A DNA stretch of 64,000 nt from an uncultured archaeon (GTDB lineage: Archaea > Thermoproteota > Nitrososphaeria > Nitrososphaerales > Gagatemarchaeaceae). A model generated the notes under the pieces. The model made no database searches. It was not told the DNA's origin and saw only the letters and a list, made by a program, of their open reading frames with translations. The stretch is from the NCBI GenBank assembly GCA_963817525.1, contig CAWFOU010000001.1, positions 800,001-864,000 on the forward strand, written 5' to 3'. Below, in pieces: positions 18,119 to 27,274 of the stretch. Within the stretch, counting starts at the first letter, position 1, and every line of letters begins with the position of its first letter. The position numbers were made by a program, and so were the translations under genes.

Positions 18119-18784
18119 TCAGGCGGAGGCTGGTGAGACGTAGGTCTCCATGACGGAGTCCAGTATGGTGTTCTGGACGCCCAGCGAGAGGGCTGACGCC
18201 TCGAGCGAGGACTTTTCATCCCTCGGAGTGACCTGCCTCTGGAGCATCCCCCTCCATACCGCGGCGTGCCTCACGTCCGCGACCTCGTGCTCCCTGAAGT
18301 ACTCTGTCCCGTCCTCACTCGAGGTCATGCCGTAGAATGCAACGAGCCCGTCCAGCTTGGTCCGGCTGATCTTGGGCTGCTCGCTCTCGACGGAGTACAT
18401 CGCGGCCGCGCCTCTGCAGAACGACTCCCCGGTTACCGACTTTAGCTTTGATACCGCTCTCCTCGTCTTTGGCGTCCCACGATAGGCCATCAGGGCGTCC
18501 CTAGAGACCCCCATGGAAGCGGCGAACTTGGCCCAGAGCTCGACGTGCTCCGTCTCCTCCCGTATGATCTCGGAGATGACCTTCTTCGCGGCCGGGTCAT
18601 TTACGAAACGGTCGATGTTCTTGACGAGCTCAGGGACTGCCCTGACGAGCTGGAAGTATTCCATCGAGTACCCCGCAAGGTGCTCGCGGCTCAGCTTCCC
18701 CTCGGACCACATCTTGTAGAACGCGTGCTTCAGCAGGCTGCGGTCTTCTATTCCGGCGTCAAGCTCATCGACGAGTTTGCTCAT
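18119..18784 (-). CDS. CADD/CT610-like (PqqC/TenA fold) putative p-aminobenzoate synthase
   Basis: LLKHAFYKMWSEGKL, EETEH, YSVESEQPKISRTK, YFREHEVADVRH: dimetal ligand pattern plus the Tyr and Lys characteristic of CADD; same strand as and upstream of folB-folK. Confidence 0.85.
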   Translation of the reverse strand: MSKLVDELDAGIEDRSLLKHAFYKMWSEGKLSREHLAGYSMEYFQLVRAVPELVKNIDRFVNDPAAKKVISEIIREETEHVELWAKFAASMGVSRDALMAYRGTPKTRRAVSKLKSVTGESFCRGAAAMYSVESEQPKISRTKLDGLVAFYGMTSSEDGTEYFREHEVADVRHAAVWRGMLQRQVTPRDEKSSLEASALSLGVQNTILDSVMETYVSPASA

Positions 18785-18842
18785 CAAAAGAGCGATTCGC
18801 GCAATCTAGATAAGGTTTGTGAGGTAGGCGGTCGTCCGCCCT

Positions 18843-19859
18843 TCAACGGATGCGGTTAGCGACCGCCTTCGCCATCGCCCGAGTCCCGGACTTGCCCCCG
18901 AGGTCGTAGGTTACTTCCTTCCCGGCGGAGACGACGGCCATCGTCGCGTCGAAGATCGCCTTGCCCGCCCGCTTCTCGCCAAGGTACTCTAGCATCCATG
19001 CAGCGGAGAGTATGGTCGCGGTGGGGTTGACCTTGTCCTTCCCCGCGTACTTTGGCGTGCTTCCGTGGGCTGGCTCGAACATGGCGTAGTCGTCGCCGAA
19101 GTTCGCCGAGTAGATCATGCCGATGCTCCCCACGAGTCCGGAGGCCTCCTCGGAGAGGATGTCCATGAAGAGGTTCGTGCCCACGATCACGTTGCGGTCG
19201 AAGCGTTGGGGGTTCTTCACCAGCTGCTGCGAGAAGTTGTCGACGAAGACCTCCTCGAGCTCGATCCCTGGATAGGCCTCCGCGTTCTTCCTCGCGGCGT
19301 CCAGGAAGATCCCGTCGGTCACCTTTAGGATGTTGGCCTTGCATATGGCCACAACCTTCTTCCATCCGCGCCTCTTTGCCTCCTCCATGGCGAACCTGGT
19401 CACCTTGCTCGACTTGTTCCTTGTGATCAGCCTGATGGCTATCCCGACGTCGTCGCTGAGCTTGTACTCTATCCCTGAGTAGAGCCCCTCCGTCCCCTCC
19501 CTCACCATGAGGAAGTCCACTGCCCCGAGAGGGCCGACCTGGTTCGGGAACGTCTTTACCGGCCTCACGTTTGCGTAGAGGTCGAACTTCTGCCTGATGC
19601 TCACGGCGACGCTCCTAGGGGTCCCGGGCGCGGTGAGAGTGGTCGTCGGCCCCTTGAAGCAGCAATCGGCGTCCTCGAGGGCTCGCCACGTCTCTTCGGG
19701 GATCATGCTCGGGCCGCCGTTCTTCTCCCACCACTCCGCCCCCGCCTCGCACGTCACGAACTCCGCCTTGGCGCCGCTCGCCTTCAAGACTAGCAGCATC
19801 GCGTCAACGAGTTCTGGACCGGTGCCGTCGCCTTTGATCAGCGCGACCTTCTTGCTCAA
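18843..19859 (-). CDS. Isocitrate/isopropylmalate dehydrogenase family protein
   Basis: GDGTGPE, DLYANVRP, KANILKVTDG, NLFMDILSE, FEPAHGSTPKYAG, NPTATILS. Confidence 0.92.
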   Translation of the reverse strand: MSKKVALIKGDGTGPELVDAMLLVLKASGAKAEFVTCEAGAEWWEKNGGPSMIPEETWRALEDADCCFKGPTTTLTAPGTPRSVAVSIRQKFDLYANVRPVKTFPNQVGPLGAVDFLMVREGTEGLYSGIEYKLSDDVGIAIRLITRNKSSKVTRFAMEEAKRRGWKKVVAICKANILKVTDGIFLDAARKNAEAYPGIELEEVFVDNFSQQLVKNPQRFDRNVIVGTNLFMDILSEEASGLVGSIGMIYSANFGDDYAMFEPAHGSTPKYAGKDKVNPTATILSAAWMLEYLGEKRAGKAIFDATMAVVSAGKEVTYDLGGKSGTRAMAKAVANRIR

Positions 19860-19917
19860 AGCCCGGTTGCCCCGAGCGACACAGCTCGCGGACCGGATTT
19901 AACGGTTGGCCGCCGAG

Positions 19918-20223
19918 CTACTCCTCACCCTCCTCCCACCAGTCCGGCACCACGATGCGGAAGCCGTCCTGCTCTCGATAGGCCTCGAGGGGTTCGCACC
20001 TCAGCGAGACGACGCGAGCCCCCGGAGGGCCGACCTTAGCCCACTCGAGCAGCTTCTCGACGCCCCCCTCCTCGCCTTGGACGAGCGCCTCGACGGCCCC
20101 GTCGTCCCTGTTCTTCACCCAGCCCTTGACGCCGTTGCGGAGCGCGACCTCGCGCATCGAGGACCTGAAGGAGACCCCCTGGACCATGCCAGAGACGACC
20201 ACTTTGTAGGTGACCGCGGCCAC
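19918..20223 (-). CDS. acyP: Acylphosphatase
   Basis: VSGMVQGVSFR, GWVKNRDDGAVE, GPPGARV. Confidence 0.93.
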   Translation of the reverse strand: MAAVTYKVVVSGMVQGVSFRSSMREVALRNGVKGWVKNRDDGAVEALVQGEEGGVEKLLEWAKVGPPGARVVSLRCEPLEAYREQDGFRIVVPDWWEEGEE

Positions 20224-20886
20224 CTATCCCACCCCGACCGATGTGGACTGGATTATCGCGACCACGCCTTCCCTGATGAAGGCGATTCCTATCGCCGCGA
20301 TCAGCAGCCCCACGACCCTCGTGAAGACCTGCGTACCGCTGGTGCCGAGCGCCCGCTGCACCCAGGAAGCTCGCTCAAGGATCACGAACGCGAACACGGA
20401 GTTGAGGAGGATCACCAAGTAGATCTCGAGCAGACCGTAGGGCAGGTTGGCGTCAATCATCACCGTGGAGATCGCCCCAGGCCCGGCGAGGAGCGGCGTC
20501 GCGATGGGGAACGCCGCTATCTCGGTGGCGGCGATGGCCCTGGTCTGCGAGATTCTGCCTCTGAGCATGTCGACCGCTATTATGAACAGGATCACCCCCC
20601 CGGCGATTTTGAAGTCGTTTATCGTGATCCCGAGCAGGTCGAAGATCAGGGGCCCGACCGAGGCGAAGATGAACAGGATCACTGTGGATATGATCACCGA
20701 GTCCCTCACGATCCTCGCGCGCTGGTCCTTGTAATCGTGGGTCAGCGCGAGGAACACGGGGACAGTGCCGATGACATCGTACACTGAGAAGAGCAGGACG
20801 AACGACGAGCCGAACGACGACACGTTGAAGGAGAAGAACGAGCTGAGGTCGAGGGCCAACCGGGCGACCTTCGCTTGGGGCCGCAA
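20224..20886 (-). CDS. MarC-family membrane protein
   Basis: GITINDFKIAGGVILF, PIATPLLAGPGAISTV. Confidence 0.9.
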   Translation of the reverse strand: MRPQAKVARLALDLSSFFSFNVSSFGSSFVLLFSVYDVIGTVPVFLALTHDYKDQRARIVRDSVIISTVILFIFASVGPLIFDLLGITINDFKIAGGVILFIIAVDMLRGRISQTRAIAATEIAAFPIATPLLAGPGAISTVMIDANLPYGLLEIYLVILLNSVFAFVILERASWVQRALGTSGTQVFTRVVGLLIAAIGIAFIREGVVAIIQSTSVGVG

Positions 20887-20917
20887 GCGCGTATAAGGGT
20901 TCGCGGGCGCCGCATCC

Positions 20918-21313
20918 TTGAAATACGAACCTCGGTCCCGCTGCGACGTGGCGCGTCTCGAGAAGGCGATAGCGGTGCTCGTCTACGCCTCGGTGGTGCT
21001 CGGCGTCCTCTTCCTCTACGTACTGCACGGGACCGCCGGTGTCCCCGGCTTCCTCTTCCCTTCGATAGCCGTGGGCGAGGTCATATGGATCGGATGTGCC
21101 GTGGCAATCTCGAGGAAGGTCAGTTGGGCGCCCTATATGGCCGTCGTGCTAGCGGTGATAACCCTCGCCGTCTCACTCCCCCAGCCAACTCACTATGACT
21201 TTGCAGAGACAGGCCAAGTCGTGGCGTTCCTCATCTTCACAGGAGGGTCGGCGCTGCAGTTCGCGCTGATAGCGGCCGTGGGCCTGTTCGCCTACAGGTC
21301 TAGGAGAGCCTAG
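20918..21313 (+). CDS. Four-TM hypothetical membrane protein
   Basis: Four hydrophobic helices; stop overlaps the phoU stop on CTAG. Confidence 0.75.
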   Translation: MKYEPRSRCDVARLEKAIAVLVYASVVLGVLFLYVLHGTAGVPGFLFPSIAVGEVIWIGCAVAISRKVSWAPYMAVVLAVITLAVSLPQPTHYDFAETGQVVAFLIFTGGSALQFALIAAVGLFAYRSRRA

Positions 21314-21951
21314 GTCTTTTCATCGAATGCCGGCTCTTCGCCTTTCACGATGAAGATCACTGACCTGCCGATGTAAACCGCGTGGTCCGCTATCCTCTCG
21401 AGGTAGCGCAGAATCAAGGTTTGCGAGAGCGCGCAGCGAAGGTCTACCTTACGCGATTTCATCAGCATCTTGATGTAGTCACGATACGCGTCGTCGACGT
21501 AATCGTCCATGCCCGTTATCTTCTTGGCGAGGTCTACGTTCTGATTCGCGAAGGCCTCGACGCTCATCTTAATCATCTCCTTGGTCGTCTCGGCTGCGCT
21601 CTCGACCACGCTACGGTCGCATTTTGTGAGATCCCCGAATGTGTCGAGGACTTCCATGATGTCGTGCGCGTATCGCCCGTACCTGTAGAAGCCGTAAGAG
21701 ATTTCCATGCATGCCTTGATGTAACGGAGGTCGGATGCCACGGGCTGGAATCTCGCTATAAGCTCAATCGAGAGCTCGCTAACTTGGTCATCGAGCTGCT
21801 TGAGCTTGATCGACCACCTGTTGACATCCTGATGGTTCTTGCCGATATGGTAGGACTCGATTGCGGCCACAACGGTCTGCTGGGAGAGTTGTCCCATCTC
21901 GAGCAGAATATTCCGAAGCCTGTCCATCCCAAGGTCCATGAGTCTTGCCAT
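21310..21951 (-). CDS. phoU: Phosphate transport regulator PhoU
   Basis: IARFQPVASDLR, DDYVD, RYLERIADHA. Confidence 0.93.
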   Translation of the reverse strand: MARLMDLGMDRLRNILLEMGQLSQQTVVAAIESYHIGKNHQDVNRWSIKLKQLDDQVSELSIELIARFQPVASDLRYIKACMEISYGFYRYGRYAHDIMEVLDTFGDLTKCDRSVVESAAETTKEMIKMSVEAFANQNVDLAKKITGMDDYVDDAYRDYIKMLMKSRKVDLRCALSQTLILRYLERIADHAVYIGRSVIFIVKGEEPAFDEKT

Positions 21952-21959
21952 TGCGACAA

Positions 21960-22802
21960 TCACCCGAACTTGCCCGTGATGTACCGCTCGGTCAACTCTT
22001 GCTTGGGATTCTCGAAGAGCTGGGCCGTCTCCCCGAACTCGACGAGTTCGCCCAGATAGAAGAAGGCGGTGTAGTCCGCCACCCTAGCGGCCTGTTGCAT
22101 ATTGTGGGTGACGATGATGATTGTGTAGTCCTTCTTGAGCTCTACCATTGCTTCTTCGATCTTAGCGGTAGCCGTCGGGTCTAGAGCCGAGCACGGCTCG
22201 TCCATTAAAAGGACCTCGGGCTGGACGGCGATGGCCCGTGCGATGCACAGCCTCTGCTGCTGCCCTCCCGAGAGAGCGGATCCCGGCTTGTGAAGGTCGT
22301 TCTTGACCTCCTCCCAGAGGAATCCCATCTTCAGGCTCCTTTCTACCACCTGGTCCAGCAGCTTCTTGTCCCTCACGCCGTTGAGCTTGAGTCCCGCCGC
22401 TACGTTGTCGTAGATTGTCATGGTCGGGAATGGGTTAGGCTTTTGGAACACCATCCCTATCTTCCGCCGGACGGCGACGGGGTCCACCTTTGGACCGTAT
22501 ATGTTCTCGTCGTCGAGCATGACCTCTCCCTGGACTTTCGCTCCCGGGGTGAGCTCGTGAATCCTGTTGAGGCATCTGATGAACGTCGTCTTTCCGCAGC
22601 CCGAGGGCCCCATGATGGCCGTGACGTACTTTCCCGGGACGTCGAGGTCGATTCCCTTCAGGACTTCTGACTTTCCGAAGCCTGCCTTCAGCTCCCTGGT
22701 CCTCATCTTGGTGCCGAAGGAGACGGTGCTGGTTTCTGCCGACATCGTTGAGCCCTCCCTCACAGCCTCGTTCTCTCTCTCTTTCTGCATTTCCATTGTC
22801 AT
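21960..22802 (-). CDS. pstB: Phosphate ABC transporter ATPase
   Basis: [48 protein letters not shown]. Confidence 0.96.
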   Translation of the reverse strand: MTMEMQKERENEAVREGSTMSAETSTVSFGTKMRTRELKAGFGKSEVLKGIDLDVPGKYVTAIMGPSGCGKTTFIRCLNRIHELTPGAKVQGEVMLDDENIYGPKVDPVAVRRKIGMVFQKPNPFPTMTIYDNVAAGLKLNGVRDKKLLDQVVERSLKMGFLWEEVKNDLHKPGSALSGGQQQRLCIARAIAVQPEVLLMDEPCSALDPTATAKIEEAMVELKKDYTIIIVTHNMQQAARVADYTAFFYLGELVEFGETAQLFENPKQELTERYITGKFG

Positions 22803-22808
22803 CTCAAT

Positions 22809-23684
22809 CTAGGTCTCGGGCCTGACGTTCGACATCCTCCTGCCCACGGTAAGCTTGATGATTAGGTTTAGCGCCAACATGAACACTATCAAGACCAGTG
22901 CGGCGCCCCATGCGTCGTCCTGCCATTGGACGAAGGGCGAAATACCGTAGGTGTAAATGAGCAGCGGCAAGGCGGCAGTCGGCTCCATCAGGCTCTTGGA
23001 GTAGAAGGTGTTCCCTTCCGCGGTGAAGAGCAGAGGGGCGGTCTCGCCCGCAGCCCTGGCTATTGCGAGGATTATGCCGGTGAAGAGCCCAGCTCGCCCC
23101 GTAGATATCACGATGCTGGTCACGGTCTTCCATCTAGCCACCCCCAGCGCCATCGAGGCCTCTCTGAGGTTCCTGGGGACTAGCTTCAGAGACTCTTCCG
23201 TCGTCCTGGCTACTATGGGGAGCATGATGATTGCTAAGGCCAGCGCCCCGGCGAGTGCGGAGAACGTCCCTGTCGCCAACACGACGAGGACAAACACGAA
23301 GATTCCAACCACGATGGACGGGAACTCGGCCAGGACGTCGTTCATGAAGCTCGAAAGGAATGACAGCCTCGACTCGGGCCATTCGGAGAAGAATATCCCG
23401 GCTCCGACTCCTATCGGAATGGAGATCAGCGATGCGATTCCCACGATGATGAACGAACCCACAATCGCGTTTGCTATGCCCCCCCCGGAGATACCCACGG
23501 GCGTAGGGAGGTGCGTGAAGAAATCTACGTTGAGGACGGGGACCCCCTTTATCGCCACGTCCGCGAGTATGAATACGAGAGGGGCCACCGCTAGGCAGAC
23601 AGCGAGATAAACAAGACCGGTCATTGCATTGTTCGTGAATCGCCTGCGTCTATCCATTCCCGAGTCAGCCGTGAGCCCCGCCAA
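22809..23684 (-). CDS. pstA: Phosphate ABC transporter permease
   Basis: PSIVVG, REASMALG, ARAAGETAPLL; GGAGG RBS before TTG. Confidence 0.95.
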   Translation of the reverse strand: MAGLTADSGMDRRRRFTNNAMTGLVYLAVCLAVAPLVFILADVAIKGVPVLNVDFFTHLPTPVGISGGGIANAIVGSFIIVGIASLISIPIGVGAGIFFSEWPESRLSFLSSFMNDVLAEFPSIVVGIFVFVLVVLATGTFSALAGALALAIIMLPIVARTTEESLKLVPRNLREASMALGVARWKTVTSIVISTGRAGLFTGIILAIARAAGETAPLLFTAEGNTFYSKSLMEPTAALPLLIYTYGISPFVQWQDDAWGAALVLIVFMLALNLIIKLTVGRRMSNVRPET

Positions 23685-23696
23685 TCTCTTCTCCTC

Positions 23697-24644
23697 CTAG
23701 AGTTTTGCCTTGCTAATCCGCGACATGCGCCAGAGCAGCGTCCTGGCGAAGATGTTTATTGCCAGCGCGACAAAGAAGAGTATCAGACCCAGCTCGATTA
23801 GCGCGGCCGTGCTAAGAGGAGAGGAGGACTCTGAGAACTGGTTAGCAATAGCGCTGGCGAGGGTGTATCCTGGAGAGAATAGGTCGGCGGTAATCCTTGT
23901 GGCGTTGCCGATAACCATCGTGACCGCCATGGTCTCGCCGACCGCCCTCCCCAGCCCTAGGATTGTTGCGCCGAACAGCCCAGAGCGCGCGTATGGCAAG
24001 ATCCCCTTTGTTATGACCTCCCAGTCCGTCGCCCCTATGGCGTACATGGCCTCCCGCTGGCTGTTGGGAACGACGTTCAGTACATTCCTCGAGATCGCCG
24101 AGACGGTCGGGATTATCATGATTGCCAGGATGATTCCAGCCGTAAAAAAGTCGAGCCCGAATGGCGTTCCGGAGAACGTCGGGATGAACCCCACGTAGCG
24201 GTGGAGAGGCCCCTCGACGTAGACCTTGATGAAGGGGCTCAGGACGAAGAGGCCCCACAGCCCGTATATCACGCTCGGGACCGCGGCCAGGAGCTCGACG
24301 GTTGTGCCGATGATGTGCGCCTCGTTCTGACGGCTCTTCAGCTTCTCCACAAGGAAGACTGCGACGCCGATGCTGACCGGCAGTCCGATGAGGAGGGCGA
24401 GGGCGGACGTGAGCAAGGTCCCGTAGATGTATGGGAGAGCGCCGTAGACGTTATGCACAGGATCCCACGTCCTCCCGATCAGGAAGGAGAAACCGTACTG
24501 TTGGAGGGATACTCTGGAGCCCACGAAGAGCTCGTAGGCCAGGGCCGCCATGAGGATGATTATGCCTACCGCAGCGGCGGCCACCAGGTCCTTTAGCGCG
24601 CGGTCCCCCTTGAAGGGGAAGCCGCTGCCGCCGCCTTTGTTCAG
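23697..24644 (-). CDS. pstC: Phosphate ABC transporter permease (start uncertain; CTG 24644 proposed)
   Basis: ELLAAVPSVIYGLWG, LGRAVGETMAV, TLASAIANQF. Confidence 0.93.
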   Translation of the reverse strand: MNKGGGSGFPFKGDRALKDLVAAAAVGIIILMAALAYELFVGSRVSLQQYGFSFLIGRTWDPVHNVYGALPYIYGTLLTSALALLIGLPVSIGVAVFLVEKLKSRQNEAHIIGTTVELLAAVPSVIYGLWGLFVLSPFIKVYVEGPLHRYVGFIPTFSGTPFGLDFFTAGIILAIMIIPTVSAISRNVLNVVPNSQREAMYAIGATDWEVITKGILPYARSGLFGATILGLGRAVGETMAVTMVIGNATRITADLFSPGYTLASAIANQFSESSSPLSTAALIELGLILFFVALAINIFARTLLWRMSRISKAKL

Positions 24645-24662
24645 TCTAATCTCCTCATAATC

Positions 24663-24672
24663 AAAAAAGGGA
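24663..24672 (-). terminator. U-tract after pstS
   Basis: TCCCTTTTTT on the minus strand just after the pstS stop. Confidence 0.45.
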
Positions 24673-24685
24673 GCCTAGCTTGTGG

Positions 24686-25945
24686 CTAGGGTCCGTTGTA
24701 AAGTGGTGTTCCGTTGTACGTGATTGATTGGATTGTCGTATCGTCGAGCGTTACCACGTTGGACGGCATCGGCACGTATCCTATGTTGGTTCCTGCCTTC
24801 TGCGCGTCGTTGATGACCCACCAGAGGAAGTTGACCAATGCTGTGCCCTGCGCCTGGCTGGCCTGCGCCTGGTAGACGACCAAGTAGGTGAAGGTTGTGA
24901 TTGGGTAAACGGTGGTAGCCGCTGTGTCGTTGTAGATGTTGTTGATGATGGATACACTGCTCCAGACTCCGTTGCCTGCAGGCAGTGGGCCAGATGCGCC
25001 CGCTGCCACCGCCGCTGCGATGTTAGTCAGGTTCGCAAGGACGTAGTTGCCGGCCGCGTTCTCTACCGATCCGTAGCTGATTAGGGTTGGATTGACGATG
25101 ACATATGCGATTTCTAGTGGTCCTATGGAGTATTTGGTATTCTCGATGCAACCCGCTACACCCTCGTTGCCCTTGCACCCGAGGCCTACGGGCCAGTTGG
25201 GTAGCGTTGCCGTTCCCACCTTGGTCTTCCAGGCCGCGCTCGAGTCAGAGAGATAGTTCGTGAATGCGAACATCGTCCCGCTCGAGTCAGACCTGTGGAC
25301 TACGGTGATTGGCTGTGCAGGGAGGGTGGCTCCTGGGTTGAGTGCTTGGATTGCCGGGTCGTTCCACATTGTGATGTTGCCCATGAATATGCTTGCAAGC
25401 ACCGCTCCAGTGAACTTCAGGCCGTTGGTAATCCCCGGCAGGTTGTACGCAGGTACTACTGCGCTGGCCGACTCTGGGATTACGACGACTTGGGAGGGGA
25501 AGGCGGTGTATTGGGCGGAGGAAGGAGGCGCGTCAGAGGCACCGAAGTCGACGACCTTGCTTGTAAGGTCGGTGAGTCCGGCGCCGCTACCTACGCTCTG
25601 ATAGTTGACCATCACGTTGCCCGTGTACTGCTGGTAAGCGAATGTCCATGCGGACATGAGTGGGAAGACGAGGGTCGATCCCGCACCGTTAAGGGTCGCA
25701 GGGGCGCCAGTGGTGGTGGAAGCCGTGGTGGTAGATACGGATGTCGAGGTTGTAGTTGAGACTGAGGTGGAGACTGCGGTAGTCGTTGATAGGGCTGTAG
25801 TTGTCGAAGTCGCGGTGACGGTGGTCGTAGTCTTGGAGCCTGAGGCGGCTAAGTACGCCCCCGCGCCCACGACTATTATCGCTACCACCGCAATCGCTGC
25901 GACTAATGTTGTGCTGATTCCTGTTCTTGAAAATTTCATCTTCAA
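24686..25945 (-). CDS. pstS: Phosphate-binding protein with class III-like signal peptide and Thr linker
   Basis: GAGSTLVFP, YQSVGSGAG, DFGASDAP, HRSDSSGT, YPITTFTY; RTG|ISTTLVAAIAVV. Confidence 0.95.
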   Translation of the reverse strand: MKMKFSRTGISTTLVAAIAVVAIIVVGAGAYLAASGSKTTTTVTATSTTTALSTTTAVSTSVSTTTSTSVSTTTASTTTGAPATLNGAGSTLVFPLMSAWTFAYQQYTGNVMVNYQSVGSGAGLTDLTSKVVDFGASDAPPSSAQYTAFPSQVVVIPESASAVVPAYNLPGITNGLKFTGAVLASIFMGNITMWNDPAIQALNPGATLPAQPITVVHRSDSSGTMFAFTNYLSDSSAAWKTKVGTATLPNWPVGLGCKGNEGVAGCIENTKYSIGPLEIAYVIVNPTLISYGSVENAAGNYVLANLTNIAAAVAAGASGPLPAGNGVWSSVSIINNIYNDTAATTVYPITTFTYLVVYQAQASQAQGTALVNFLWWVINDAQKAGTNIGYVPMPSNVVTLDDTTIQSITYNGTPLYNGP

Positions 25946-26016
25946 GCCGGCAACGGCTTCACACCCGATATATGGCTCCCCGAATTATTCTATTGCGTAA
26001 TATAGAGTCGCCATCT

Positions 26017-26037
26017 AACTATGGGTGCGCTATAGTT
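26017..26037. promoter_or_regulatory. Inverted repeat, candidate phosphate-regulon operator (pstS side)
   Basis: AACTAT-GGGTGCGCT-ATAGTT; matches TATRG-N5-CTATA. Confidence 0.5.
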
Positions 26038-26213
26038 CACTGCGCAAGAGAGGTGTTTCGACCAGCTTTCTGTCCTCGCGATACGATTTGGCGGACGGAC
26101 GAGAATTCGACGGGCTTCTTCGTGTGAATTCCAACCAAAAATACGCGCCGTTTGCCTCGTCATAGGGTCAAAAAGCGATGGATTGGCCTAAAATTCACAG
26201 CATTGACGCAAGA

Positions 26214-26232
26214 TATATAGAGCCACTATATA
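26214..26232. promoter_or_regulatory. Perfect inverted repeat overlapping the regulator TATA box
   Basis: TATATAG-AGCCA-CTATATA, 11 nt before ATG 26244. Confidence 0.6.
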
Positions 26233-26243
26233 CACCTTGGACA

Positions 26244-27272
26244 ATGGAAATCAGGAAGATACAGATAACGGGCGGGAACAGCTATGTGGTCTCTCTTCCA
26301 AAGTCGTGGGTCAACGACGCGGGCCTGAAGGCGAAGGACGCGGTCCTCGTCATGCCCCAGGCTGACATGTCGCTCCTTGTCGTCCCGAAGAACAACCTCA
26401 GGAAGGAGACTAAGAGCGAGGTGCTCATCGAGTTGCAAGAGACCACTGACAGGGACACCGCCCTCAGGACGTTCATCTCGTACTACCTCGCCGGATACGA
26501 CGTGATCAGGCTGAGGATCTCGGGCTCGAGCTCGGGCCTCAGAACTCACCTGAAGGAGGCGATAAGGAGGAAGCTGATCGGCATCGAGATAGTCGAGGAG
26601 ACATCGAACGGGATAACGACGCAGTGCCTCTCCGGCTACTCCGACCTCCCCCTGAAGAAGGCAATAGAGAGGATGTCTATAATCGCCTCGGGGATGGTGC
26701 AGGACGCGGTTACTTCTCTCCAGACCGGCGACCTCTCCCTGGCGGAGGAGGTGAGCATGAGGGACGACGAGGTCGACAGGTTCTACCACTTCATCGTCAG
26801 GCAGCTCAACATGGCGGTCCGGAATCGCGCCATAATCGAGGAGGTCGGCCTGGTCGCCGCGAGGGACTGCCTCGGGTACAGGCTAGCGGTGAAGAGCATC
26901 GAGCGCGTCGCGGACCACGCAGCGGGCATAGCGAGGCTGGTGCCCACCCTGCGCGCCGACTCGCTAGGAAAGGTCCTCAAGGAGGTGGTGAAGATGAGCG
27001 AGCTCTCGCAGAAGGTCCTCGGCCAGGCGGTGAGCTCCCTCGTCGAGCTCGACGTGAAGAAGGCGAACGAGTCGATCAACCTCACGAAGAAGGTCATAGA
27101 GATAGACGAGAAGATGACGAGCGAGCTGCTCAGGCCTGGGATGGAGCCCACCACGGTAGGCTGGTTCAGGCTCGTGCTCGAGAGCGTGAGGAGGGTGGCT
27201 GAGTACGGCTCGGACATCGCCGAGATCGCCGTTGACCTGACCGCGAAGGAACCCAACAACCTCGGCTCATAG
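26244..27272 (+). CDS. AbrB-PhoU fusion phosphate uptake regulator
   Basis: RKIQITGGNSYVVSLPKSW (AbrB), YLAGYD, DDEVDRFY, IERVADHA. Confidence 0.92.
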   Translation: MEIRKIQITGGNSYVVSLPKSWVNDAGLKAKDAVLVMPQADMSLLVVPKNNLRKETKSEVLIELQETTDRDTALRTFISYYLAGYDVIRLRISGSSSGLRTHLKEAIRRKLIGIEIVEETSNGITTQCLSGYSDLPLKKAIERMSIIASGMVQDAVTSLQTGDLSLAEEVSMRDDEVDRFYHFIVRQLNMAVRNRAIIEEVGLVAARDCLGYRLAVKSIERVADHAAGIARLVPTLRADSLGKVLKEVVKMSELSQKVLGQAVSSLVELDVKKANESINLTKKVIEIDEKMTSELLRPGMEPTTVGWFRLVLESVRRVAEYGSDIAEIAVDLTAKEPNNLGS

Positions 27273-27274
27273 GC

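Noticed and set aside
18119-18784. Annotation as thiaminase II (TenA) or PQQ synthase (PqqC)
   Set aside because: The dimetal ligand set and folate context fit CADD; no pqq or thiamine-salvage genes nearby.
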